This document shows positions 11,281 through 21,439 of a stretch of DNA of 31,847 nt, in pieces. This DNA comes from Octopus sinensis (lineage: Eukaryota), in NCBI RefSeq assembly GCF_006345805.1, contig NW_021829624.1, positions 1-31,847 on the forward strand. The letters run 5' to 3'. The number at the start of each line of letters is the position of its first letter. Position 1 is the first letter of the stretch. The translations under genes and the position numbers were made by a program. The notes beneath the pieces are model-generated. The model did no database searches and was not told where the DNA came from. It was given only the letters and a program-made list of their open reading frames with translations.

Positions 11281-12240
11281 ATTTCAAGAATTTCTATCTT
11301 TCTTTCTCTGCCATTGGTTCAAGATTTGAAATCTGTTGAAACAGGGGCAGAGGATTACATCGACCCCTAGCGTTTAACTGATACTTATTATATCGACCCC
11401 GAAAGGATGAAAGGCAAAGCTGATCTCGGCGGAATTTTAAATTAGTCGTAAAGCTGTGGAAAAAATGCCTATTTCTTTACTATCCACAAGGGGATAAACA
11501 CATAGGGGACGAACAAGGACAGACAAACGGATTAAGTCGATTATATCAAACCCAGGGTGTAACTGGTACTTAAATTATCGACCCCGAAAGGATGAAAGGC
11601 AAAGTCGACCTCGGCGGAATTTGAACTCAGAACGTAGTGGCAGACGAAATACCTATTTCTATACTACCCACAAGGGACTAAACACAGAGAGGACGAACAA
11701 GGACAGACAAACGGATTAAGTCGATTATATCGACCCAGTGCGTAACTGGTACTTAAATTATCGACCCCGAAAGGATGAAAGGCAAAGACGAACTCGGCGG
11801 AATTTGAACTCAGAACGTAGCGGCAGACGAAATACCTATTTCTTTACTACCCACAAGGGACTAAACACAGAGAGGACAAGCAAGGACAGACAAACGGATT
11901 AAGTCGATTATATCAAACCCAGGGCGTAACTGGTACTTAAATTATCGACCCCGAAAGGATGAAAGGCAAAGTCGACCTCGGCGGAATTTGAACTCAGAAC
12001 GTAGCGGCAGACGAAATACCTATTTCTTTATTACCCACAAGGGGCTGAACATAGAGGGGACAAACATAGGTATTAAGTCGATTATATCGACCCCAGTGCT
12101 TAACTGGTACTTAATTTATCGACCCCGAAAGGATGAAAGGCAAAGTCGACCTCGGCGGAATTTGAACTCAGAACGTAGCGGCAGACGAAATACCGCTAAG
12201 CATTTCGCCCGACGTGCTAACGATTCTGACAGCTCGCCGC
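11281..12240 (-). mobile_element. SINE family 1 concatemer: one A-box head plus five head-to-tail body units
   Basis: Head GCGGCGAGCTGTCAGAATCGTTAGC at 12240; junction GAAATAG|GTATTTCG marks unit starts at 12193, 12019, 11835, 11652, 11468 (units 174, 184, 183, 184 bp); the last unit is diverged with a type-B tail. Each unit has B box GAGTTCAAATTCC or a variant. Confidence 0.92.
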
Positions 12241-12319
12241 TTTCATGAGATTTCGAAATAATTAAGAGGCGATCACTCTTAGAAGGGAAAGAAAGTCTGA
12301 ACATCATAGATAAGGGGCA

Positions 12320-12361
12320 ACTATAGACATGTTTCGGTTTATTACACCTCATCAGCATAGT
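12320..12361 (-). ncRNA. Minimal type I hammerhead ribozyme, intact core
   Basis: Minus strand 5'-ACTATG CTGATGA GGT-GTAATAA-ACC GAAA C-AT-GTC TATAGT-3': all core nucleotides, 3-bp stem II, palindromic stem III ACATGT, GUC cleavage triplet (C17=12326), 6-bp stem I with one G-U. Confidence 0.8.
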
Positions 12362-12650
12362 ATTTGTTTACTTAAGCCAGCTTGATCCATTGACAAAGGA
12401 GAAACTTCCAAATGCAGAAAAACAAAAAGAGTTAATACTTCTTTTACGCCAGTATAATTCGAAAATAGTCAGATGAATAAATAGAATGAGCTAAGGGGAG
12501 TAACTCAAATTGGTCAATGACAGGTATTTGCGAATTTGGTTGGATACGTAAGGAGTGATGTACTATTAAATAAAAAGCGATTGATATTTATAGGAAATGA
12601 AGATGAATGAAAGAGAAAACGAGATAGAGAGAAGCTAAGACATAACATGC

Positions 12651-12682
<32 letters not shown>

Positions 12683-12707
12683 TCACAAAACACATACATA
12701 CATATAT

Positions 12708-12740
<33 letters not shown>

Positions 12741-12926
12741 ATATATATATATAACACCACATACACAAACACATACATACATATATGTATACACACATAT
12801 ATATATATATATATACACATACACAATCACATAATACATATATGTATACATATATAATACCACACATATACACAAACACATAATATATGTATACATATAT
12901 ATATATATGTGTATATAATGTTAGTG

Positions 12927-12959
<33 letters not shown>

Positions 12960-12961
<2 letters not shown>

Positions 12962-12997
12962 TAATATATATATATATATATAATATATCTACAGGCT

Positions 12998-13037
<40 letters not shown>

Positions 13038-13554
13038 AGTTGACATTGTAAGAGATATATACGGAAAGACTGCGAGAAAATGAGAGTAGTTGAAAGAGGG
13101 AGGAAAGTGAAAGTAGAAAATATAATAGGAGTTACAGAACATTACGGAAGAAAAAAAAGAGAGACTTCGAGAAATGAAGGTTAAGGAGGAGTAGTGTGAG
13201 AAATGTGTGAGATAGTGAGAGGGATGGATTCAAGATACGGAAGTTGAGGAAGTCGAGGGGATGGGATGGTAATATGGAAAGAGAGGAGAGAAAAAGTGAG
13301 AGAGAGAGGGGAAGATACGAGGAGGGGTAGGAAGAGAAACAGGTGGAAAAATGGAGAAGGTATGAGAGATATTGAGAGAGTGAAATGATGGCAGAAGAGC
13401 GAGCGAACGAGTGTGAGGTGAAAGCGGAGGGAAAAAATCAGGTGAAGAGAGGACGGGAAAAAGGGGAGATAATAATATAAAAACGGAGAGGGTTGCGAGA
13501 TGAGATTTAACGACGAGAAATGTAAATGAATGTGAAAGTAAGAGTTTGAGAGAT

Positions 13555-13597
<43 letters not shown>

Positions 13598-13830
13598 ACA
13601 CACACACACACACAGAAAGGGAGAGAGAGGAGGGGGTGAAAGTAAATTAGAGAAGATTGATAGTTTAAAAGTAATAGACAGGGGGGTGACGGACGGAGCG
13701 TTGGGGGAGAGAGAGAGAGAGAGAAACCGGAAAGACGGAGCACTTGAGTAGTGAGGTGAGGAGAAAAATTAGAAAACTCAGAAAGAGAAAGAAAGAGAGA
13801 GAGAGAGAGAGAAAGCAAGAGAATGATGAG
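12960..13830. repeat. GA-rich tract with (GA)n and (CA)n blocks
   Basis: Direct reading. Confidence 0.85.
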
Positions 13831-14590
13831 AGCTACACACTATTGCAAGTGTGCGTGTGTGCGTGTGTGTGTGTGCGCGTGTGTGTGTGTGCGCGCGCGC
13901 ACGCGTGTGTGTGTGCGTGCGTATGTGTGTGTGCGTGTGTGTGTGTATATATATATAATATATATATATAATTTTAATCCAAACGGGAAAACAGAAAAAA
14001 CAACAACACGTGGAACAATTACAGTATTATTATTAATAGGCGCTCAGGAAAGATGGAAGCAGGAAGTGCCCCAGCAATATGGCGGTGCCCCAGCATGGCC
14101 ACAGCTCGTGAGCTGAAACTAGAATCAATCAATATATATTTATATATATATGTATATGTAAACATATATATACGTATGTTTGTATGTATGTATGTATTTA
14201 TGTATGTGTATGCAACGTACATGAATTTATATACCTGCATATATGAAAATGTATTTGTAAGTATAGATACTTACAAACAGATATTTATAGAAGATATATA
14301 TATATATATACACACACATACACACACACACATACAGAGAGAGGGGGTAGAAAGAGAAATAAGCATACACATATAAGCATGACTATAAGATAGTCATACT
14401 CATCCATCAGAATCAACAAGGGCACAAGACCAGTTCACTACACATTCGGCCCCCATCTTGGACATATGCTGATGGCTGCGCAACCAAACCATGGTCATTT
14501 TTGGGATATGAGATAGAGGATCATTAGGCAGCTGATCTGGCTACATCAAAGACAGATTCAGAGAATGGCATAACGGCACGGACGAGAGCC

Positions 14591-15370
14591 CGGCGAGCTG
14601 GCAGAATCGTTAGCACGCCGGGCGAAATGCGTAGCCGTATTTCGTCTGCCGTTACGTTCTGAGTTCAAATTCCGCCGAGGTCGACTTTGCCTTTCATCCT
14701 TTCGGGGTCGATAAAACTAAGTACCAGTTACGCACAGGGGTCGATGTAATCGACATAATACCTATGTCTGTCCTTGTTTGTCCCCTCAGTGTTTAGCCCC
14801 TTGTGGGTAGTAAAGGAAATAGGTATTTCGTCTTCTGTTACGTTCTGAGTTCAAATTCCGCCGAGGTCGACTTTGCCTTTCATCCTTTCGGGGTTGATAA
14901 ATTAAGTACCAGTTATGCACTGGGGTTCGATGTAATTGACTTAATCCGTTTTTCTGTCCTTGTTTGTCCTCTGTGTTTAGCCCCTTGTGGGCAGTAAAGA
15001 AATAGGTATTTCATCTGCCACTACGTTCTGAGTTCAAATTCCACCGAGGTCGACTTTGCCTTTCATCCTTTTGGGGTTGATAAATTAAGTACCAGTTACG
15101 CACTGGGGTCGATGTAATTGACTTAATCCATTTTTCTGTCCTTGTTTGTCCCTTGTGTTTAGCCCCTTGTGGGCAGTAAAGAAATAGGTATTTCGTCTGC
15201 TGCTACGTTCTGAGTTCAAATTCCACCAAGGTCGACTTTGCCTTTCATCCTTTCGGGGTCGATAAATTAAGTACCAGTTATGCACTGGGGTCAATGTAAT
15301 CGACTTTATCCGTTTTGCTGTCCTTGTTTGTCCCCTCAGTGTTTAGCCCCTTGTGGGTAGTAAAGAAATA
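14591..15370 (+). mobile_element. SINE family 1 concatemer: head plus four body units
   Basis: A box TGGCAGAATCGT 14599-14610, B box GAGTTCAAATTCC 14661-14673; units start 14637, 14823, 15006, 15188 (186, 183, 182, 183 bp); array ends GAAATA at 15370. Confidence 0.93.
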
Positions 15371-15455
15371 CATGAGAGTCGAATACAGCAAAAGATACAA
15401 GGTGACCACCCCTGACGCCTCCGAAAGTAACACACCATTGGCCACAACTGACATC

Positions 15456-15816
15456 CACTAGCGTAGCTAGAGTGTGTGCCACCCGAGGTGGCACTTTCGT
15501 TTGTCACCCCAGGACCCCACAAAAAACATATGTTACCTACAGCAGACCAAAATGTCGTGCATTTCCAGTAGTCTTTTTCTATATACTCTTTTATTTGTTT
15601 CAGTCATTTGACTGTGGCCATGCTGGAGTACCACCTTTTAGTCAAGCAAATCGACCCCAGGACTTATTTTTTTGTAAGCCTAGTACTTATTCTATCTGTC
15701 TCTTTTTGCCGAACCGCTAAGTTACGGGGACGTAAACATACCAGCATCGGTTGTCAAACGATGTTGGGGAGGACAAACAGACACACAAACATATGCACAT
15801 ACATATATACATACAA

Positions 15817-15851
<35 letters not shown>

Positions 15852-15984
15852 TATTTATATATATCAGCTGAAATTGCGAGGATGATCCGGTTCTTGACTG
15901 AAGATTGAAGGCTTCGAATATCCCGTCCGTATTTTTTGTATCGTCTCCTAAATGTTTTGTGTTCTTGTCCCACTTTGTATTTTT

Positions 15985-16025
<41 letters not shown>

Positions 16026-16188
16026 TACAACGGGCGTCTTTCAGTTTCCGTCTACCAAATCCACTCACAAGGCTTTGGTCGGCCCGAGGCTATAGTAGAA
16101 GACACTTGCCCAAGGTTCCATGCAGTGGGACTGAACCCGGAACCATACGGTTAGTAAGCATGCTACTTACCACACAGTCACTCCTGTG

Positions 16189-16230
<42 letters not shown>

Positions 16231-16367
16231 GAATTATCGCATACCGTTACTATTTCAATATAATCTATTGTGGCTTATAGCCCTCAACATAATGAAAAGT
16301 GCCGCCCCTGTAAATGTGCCACCCAGAGTGGACCGCCCCTACTGCCCCCACCCTAGCTACACTAGTG
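15456..16367. mobile_element. Non-autonomous hAT-type DNA transposon with 8-bp target-site duplication, carrying a nested SINE
   Basis: TIRs CACTAGCGTAGCTAG (15456-15470) and CTAGCTACACTAGTG (16353-16367), 14/15 match; perfect 8-bp direct repeat CTGACATC at 15448-15455 and 16368-16375. An 8-bp TSD is characteristic of hAT. Confidence 0.85.
15584..16190 (-). mobile_element. tRNA-derived SINE family 2 (CORE-like central motif, internal TA/TG microsatellite), nested in the hAT element
   Basis: Head GGCACAGGAGTGACTGTGTGGTAAG..GGTTCAGTCCC (A/B boxes), CCTTGGGCAAGTGTCTT motif, tail AATAAAAGAGT; contains a further insert of about 115 bp at about 15870-15985. Confidence 0.88.
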
Positions 16368-16474
16368 CTGACATCCCCATATGTTATACCAGTGATCTTG
16401 TTGCATACCAGGAGACCTTGTGAACCCCCACCAGCACGATATACCCACCTCCCTACCTGAATGGCACTAACTAA

Positions 16475-17035
16475 GGCGGCGAGCTGGCAGAATCATTAAC
16501 ACGCTGGACAAAATGCATAGCGGAATTTTGTCCGTCTTTACGTTCTGAGTTCAAATTCCACCAAGGTCGATTTTGCCTTTCATCCTTTTGGGGTCGATAA
16601 ATTAAGTACCAGTTATGCACTGGGGTCGATGTAATCGACTTAATCCGTTTTTCTGTCCTTGTTTGTCCCCTCAGTGTTTAGCCCCTTGTGGGTAGTAAAG
16701 GAAATAGGTATTTCGTCTGCTGTTATGTTCTGAGTTCAAATTCCGCCGAGGTCGACTTTGCCTTTCATCCTTTCGGGGTCGATAAATTAAGTACCAGTTG
16801 CGCACTTTGCTTTTCATCTTTTCGGAGTTGATAAAATAAGTACCAGTTGAACGCTGGGGGTCGATCTAATCGACGTACTTCCTTCCCCCGAAACTTCAAA
16901 AAGGGAAAAAAAAAAGGTGCTAGTGTACTAGGATTGATTCGTTCGTCTAAAACTTTCAAGGCGGGATCCCCAGCATGGCCATAGTCCAATCACGGAAGAT
17001 GATAAGATGAAAGGGAAAGATAAAAGATGAAAGGT
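16475..17035 (+). mobile_element. SINE family 1 chimeric dimer with an internal duplication of about 45 bp and type-B 3' end
   Basis: Head GGCGGCGAGCTGGCAGAATC at 16475; one GAAATAG|GTATTTCG junction near 16707; CTTTGC(C/T)TTTCATC..TAAGTACCAGTTG repeated at about 16756 and 16805; tail GGCGGGATCCCCAGCATGGCC. Confidence 0.85.
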
Positions 17036-17349
17036 AGAAAATATTTGAATAATCTCTATAGTGAAGCAAAGATTATGTTAATGAGTGGCGGCGAAAGATC
17101 TGATTGTCCATTTTTACTGTAAGCTGGATTAGGTATTAGCGATGTTTGGGCCGGCTAACTATTGGGTTTTATCCGAAAACAAAAAAAAAAAAAAAAAAAA
17201 AAAACTGCTATTGCGTAACGCCTCATTATAATAAAGAAAAGTGCTCTTAGGAGATGCTGGTCGCGAAGACGATAAGGTGATGCATTAGTTTAGGAATCAA
17301 TTCTCATCGAACATCAATCAAGCCTGTCAATAAAAAAAAATTATCAAGT

Positions 17350-17475
17350 GGTTATATAATAATAATAATGATGATAATAATAATAATAATAATAATGATA
17401 ATAATAATAATAATGACAATAATAATAATAATAATAATAATAATGATGATGATGATAATAATAATGATGATGATG

Positions 17476-17518
<43 letters not shown>

Positions 17519-17600
17519 CAATAATAACAATAATAATAATAATAATAATAATATAATAATAATAATAATAATAATTAATAATAATAATAATAATAATGAC

Positions 17601-17671
<71 letters not shown>

Positions 17672-17749
17672 CAATAATAACAATAATAATAACAATAATA
17701 ATAATGATAATAATAATAATGATAATAATAATAATAATAATAATAATAA
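17350..17749. repeat. (AAT)n/(GAT)/(AAC) microsatellite, about 400 bp
   Basis: Direct reading. Confidence 0.97.
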
Positions 17750-18156
17750 TATAAAGATCTTGAAATAGAAATCAGCAAAATGTGGAAGCTGAAGAGTAAA
17801 ACAATACCTGTTGTCATAGGTGCCCTGGGAATGATAGCGAAAGGGGCTGTTTGCTACCTAACTCAGATACCAGGAAACCCAAAAATGGCAGAAATTCAAA
17901 AGATAGTGCTCATGGGAACTGCTCATATCCTACGCAAAATACTCTCTATGTAATCTCAAGGTTTAAAACAAACAATTAAAAAATATTTTTTTTTATTTAT
18001 TTATTAGACATTTACTAGTACAACACCAAAAAACCCCCAAATATATGGCACACTAGGCACAACAACAACATGAACTTCCAACCCTGTTGTCTCTTGAGGT
18101 CTCTGGGTGAGACTTGGAGCCAACATGTACAAATATAAAGCAAAAGTCAAACATAG
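17750..18156 (+). mobile_element. 5'-truncated R4/Dong-type non-LTR retrotransposon 3' end (C-terminus of the restriction-like endonuclease domain plus 3'UTR)
   Basis: 17750-17953 translates YKDLEIEISKMWKLKSKTIPVVIGALGMIAKGAVCYLTQIPGNPKMAEIQKIVLMGTAHILRKILSM*, matching the KYxDL..EI..MW..IPVVIGALG..IQK..LGTA.ILRK pattern of RLE-clade LINEs; flanked on both sides by (AAT)n. Not in the ORF track. Confidence 0.82.
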
Positions 18157-18180
18157 AATAATAATAATAATAATAATAAT

Positions 18181-18250
18181 GAGAAGAAGAAGAAGAAGAA
18201 GAAGAAGAAGAAGAAGAAGAAGAAGAAGAAAAAGAAGAAGAAGAAGAAGA
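18181..18250. repeat. (GAA)n microsatellite
   Basis: Direct reading. Confidence 0.97.
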
Positions 18251-18259
18251 AAATTCTAA

Positions 18260-18441
18260 CTGGGCCCCACCTGCAAGGTTATGTGCTGTTTATCTTGATA
18301 TGAAATCACCATGTCACACACATATGGTTGTGATGCATGTGCCTAGTGTACCCTTATCAGACAGGTAGTCACAATGGATATACTGGGCTTCGTATATTTT
18401 GCCCCAGTGTCACTTTGATGGCATGCACTTCTCTCTCACTC
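18260..18441 (+). mobile_element. Retroelement 3' end with (AAT)n tail, family unassigned
   Basis: Higher-complexity island ending CTCTCTCACTC followed directly by a long (AAT)n tract (18442-18858); recognised as a cephalopod-type interspersed repeat tail, no ORF support. Confidence 0.45.
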
Positions 18442-18495
18442 AATAATAATAATAATAATAATGATAATAATAATAATAATAATAATAACAACAAA

Positions 18496-18526
<31 letters not shown>

Positions 18527-18636
18527 TAATAATAATAATAATAATAATAACAATAATAATAATAATTATAATAATAATTATAATAATAATGATAATATAA
18601 TAATGATGATAATAATAATAATATAATAATAATAAT

Positions 18637-18673
<37 letters not shown>

Positions 18674-18791
18674 TATAATAATAATATAATAATAATAATA
18701 ATGATAATATGATAATAACAATAATAATAATAATAATAACAATAATAACAAAAATAATAATAATAATAATGATAATAATAATAATAACAAA

Positions 18792-18823
<32 letters not shown>

Positions 18824-18987
18824 TAATAACAATAATAATAATTATAATAATAATAATTTGCCCGTCAAGTTCAAGAACGAAACATTGCTATAATTGTCAT
18901 TATTATTAGATGTCCGTAAAAAAATAGTAGACATTTGTGTGTATATATATTGTATATATATATATATATACACACATACATATATAT

Positions 18988-19215
18988 ACTCTTTTACTCT
19001 TTTACTCTTTTACTTGTTGCATTTGACTGCTGCCATGCTGGAGCACTGCCTTTAGTCAAGCAAATCGACCCCAGGACTTTTTCTTTGTAAGCCTAGTACT
19101 TATTCTATCGGTCTTTCTTTTGCCGAACCGCTAAGTTACGGGGACGTAAACACACCAGCATCGGTTGTCAAGTGATGCTGGAGGAACAAACACAGATGCT
19201 CAAACATATACACAC

Positions 19216-19266
<51 letters not shown>

Positions 19267-19434
19267 ACGACTTCTTTCAGCTTCCGTCTACCAAATCCAC
19301 TCACAAAATCCGTCTACCAAATCCACTCCGAGGCTATAGTAGAAGGCACTTGCCCAAGGTGCCATGTAGTGGGACTGAACCCAGAACCATGTGGTTGGGA
19401 AGCAAGCTACTTACCACACAGCCACTCCTACACC
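18988..19434 (-). mobile_element. SINE family 2
   Basis: Head GGTGTAGGAGTGGCTGTGTGGTAAG, B box GGTTCAGTCCC, internal TA/CA repeat, tail (AAAAGAGT)n; matches 26531-26945. Confidence 0.9.
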
Positions 19435-19484
19435 TATATTTCTTTCTTTATATATATATTTCTATGCCTTATTTCTTCCTTGAT

Positions 19485-20888
19485 GGTTGCCAGCTGACAG
19501 AAGCCTTACAACACCGATCAAAATGCTTATCGGCTTTTCGTCCGTCTTTATGTTCTGAGTTCAAATTCCGCTGAGGTCTTTGCCTTTCATCTCTTTACCT
19601 TTCATCTTTCATCTTGGCCTTTCATCTTTCATTTTTGCCTTTCATCTCTTTACCTTTCATCTTTCATCTTGGCCTTTCATCTTTCATCTTGGCCTTTCAT
19701 CTTTCATTTTTGCCTTTCATCTCTTTACCTTTCATCTTTCACCTTGGCCTTTCATCTTTTATTTTTGCCTTTCATCTTTCATCTTTCATCTTTCATCTTT
19801 CATCTTTCATCTTGGCCTTTCATCTTTTATTTTTGCCTTCATCTCTTTACCTTTCATCTTTCATCTTGGCCTTTCATTTTCATTTTTGCCTTTCATCTCT
19901 TTACCTTTCATCTTTCATCTTGGCCTTTCATCTTTCATTTTTGCCTTTCATCTCTTCACCTTTCATCTTTCATCTTGGCGTTTCATCTTTCATTTTTGCC
20001 TTTCATCTCTTTACCTTTCATCTTTCATCTTGGCCTTTCATCTTTTATTTTTGCTTTTCATCTCTTTACCTTTCATCTTTCACCTTGGCCTTTCATCTTT
20101 TATTTTTGCCTTTCATCTTTTACCTTTCATCTTTCATCTTGGCCTTTCATCTTTCATTTTTGCCTTTCATCTCTTTACCTTTCATCTTTCATCTTGGCCT
20201 TTCATCTTTCATTTTTGCCTTTCATCTCTTTACCTTTCATCTTTCATCTTGGCCTTTCATCTTTCATTTTTGCCTTTCATCTCTTTACCTTTCATCTTTC
20301 ATCTTGGCCTTTCATCTTTCATTTTTGCCTTTCATCTCTTTACCTTTCATCTTTCATCTTGGCCTTTCATCTTTCATCTTGGCCTTTCATCTCTTTACCT
20401 TTCATCTTTCATCTTGGCCTTTCATCTTTCATCTTGGCCTTTCATCTTTCATTTTTGCCTTTCATCTCTTTACTTTCATCTTTCATCTTGGCCTTTCATC
20501 TTTTATTTTTGCCTTTCATCTCTTTACCTTTCATCTTTCACCTTGGCCTTTCATCTTTTATTTTTGCCTTTCATCTCTTTACCTTTCATCTTTCATCTTG
20601 GCCTTTCATCTTTCATTTTTGCCTTTCATCTCTTTACCTTTCATCTTTCATCTTGGCCTTTCATCTTTCATTTTTGCCTTTCATCTCTTTACCTTTCATC
20701 TTTCATCTTGGCCTTTCATCTTTCATTTTTGCCTTTCATCTTTCATCTTTGCCTTTCTTCTTTCTTTTTTTCCTTTCATCTCTTTTGTGTGTCGATAATA
20801 TAAGTACCAGTTGAGTTTTGGAAGCCATGTAATCGATTTTCCCCCTCCTCAAAATTGCTGACCTTGTACCAAAACTGGAAACCAATAT
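19485..20888 (+). mobile_element. SINE family 1 (type B) split by a 1.2-kb internal minisatellite
   Basis: Degenerate head from 19485, B box GAGTTCAAATTCC 19557-19569; SINE body resumes at about 20781 (GTCGATAATATAAGTACCAGTTGAG..AAAATTGCTGACCTTGTACCAAAA). Confidence 0.85.
19578..20780. repeat. Higher-order minisatellite: 55-bp unit built from CTTTCAT heptamers, roughly 22 copies
   Basis: Unit TTTTGCCTTTCATCTCTTTACCTTTCATCTTTCATCTTGGCCTTTCATCTTTCAT; the 55-aa period of the three overlapping ORFs confirms a 55-bp repeat cycling through frames. Confidence 0.95.
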
Positions 20889-21005
20889 TAGCGTCCATTC
20901 TAATCCTTAAATCCTTCTCACAAAACAAGTTTACGAGTTTGTAACTACGTCTATTTAAAAAATTACTATTTTTAAATCTCACAACATGAATAGCAACAGT
21001 ACTTT

Positions 21006-21178
21006 GTAGTAAAGACTGTTTGCCAACATAACATGGCAGTCCTGGTTTAGGACACAGATATAAGGCCACAGATCGTATTGTATAGTCAGCTGGAGACGAT
21101 GTCTCCTGGGGCTAAATTACAGCAACATTAGTCCCAAACCAGGTCTGCCATATCATGTTAGCAAACAATCTTTACTAC
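21006..21178. mobile_element. MITE-like element with 48-bp terminal inverted repeats
   Basis: 21006-21053 versus reverse complement of 21131-21178 match at 42/48; TSD not identified. Confidence 0.65.
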
Positions 21179-21219
21179 GTCTATTTAATTCATGGATATT
21201 CAGGATGCATGAGGTTTAA

Positions 21220-21439
21220 CCCTTTCGTTACTGCATTTATTTTGAGATGCTCTGTGTTTTTTTCAATTACTTTAGATATAACAAAGAATTTAGTATAATT
21301 ATTTAGTTATCATTAAGCTAGTTTTAGGAACATGAATTGTGACTAAGGTTTGGTGGAAGATTTTAATTCAAAACTTATGAAAACAAGACATTTGTACTCA
21401 GAGCCAGAGCCGGTTTCAGCCGGGTTGGTAACGAAAGGG
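21220..21439. mobile_element. piggyBac-type MITE (220 bp)
   Basis: TTAA at 21216-21219 and 21440-21443; perfect 12-bp TIR CCCTTTCGTTAC / GTAACGAAAGGG; CCC termini plus TTAA TSD are piggyBac hallmarks. Confidence 0.85.

Noticed and set aside
14591-14680. tRNA genes at SINE heads (also 26531, 30856-30909)
   Set aside because: A and B boxes are present but no complete cloverleaf; each continues into a repeated SINE body.
15893-15930. CTGAAGA..GAAT hammerhead-like string; also CTGATGA at 26061, 30012-30018 (minus) and 31090
   Set aside because: No GAAA with correctly registered stem II and NUH triplet.
14401-16460. Reconstructed host sequence under the SINE and hAT insertions (reads MRVEYSKRYKVTTPDASESNTPLATTDIPICYTSDLVAYQETL*)
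   Set aside because: Short, no recognisable motif or splice context; cannot be supported as coding.
19580-20814. Three overlapping 381-407 aa hydrophobic ORFs (membrane-protein-like)
   Set aside because: They are the 55-bp pyrimidine minisatellite read in three frames; stop codons are absent for compositional reasons and the starts are not ATG.
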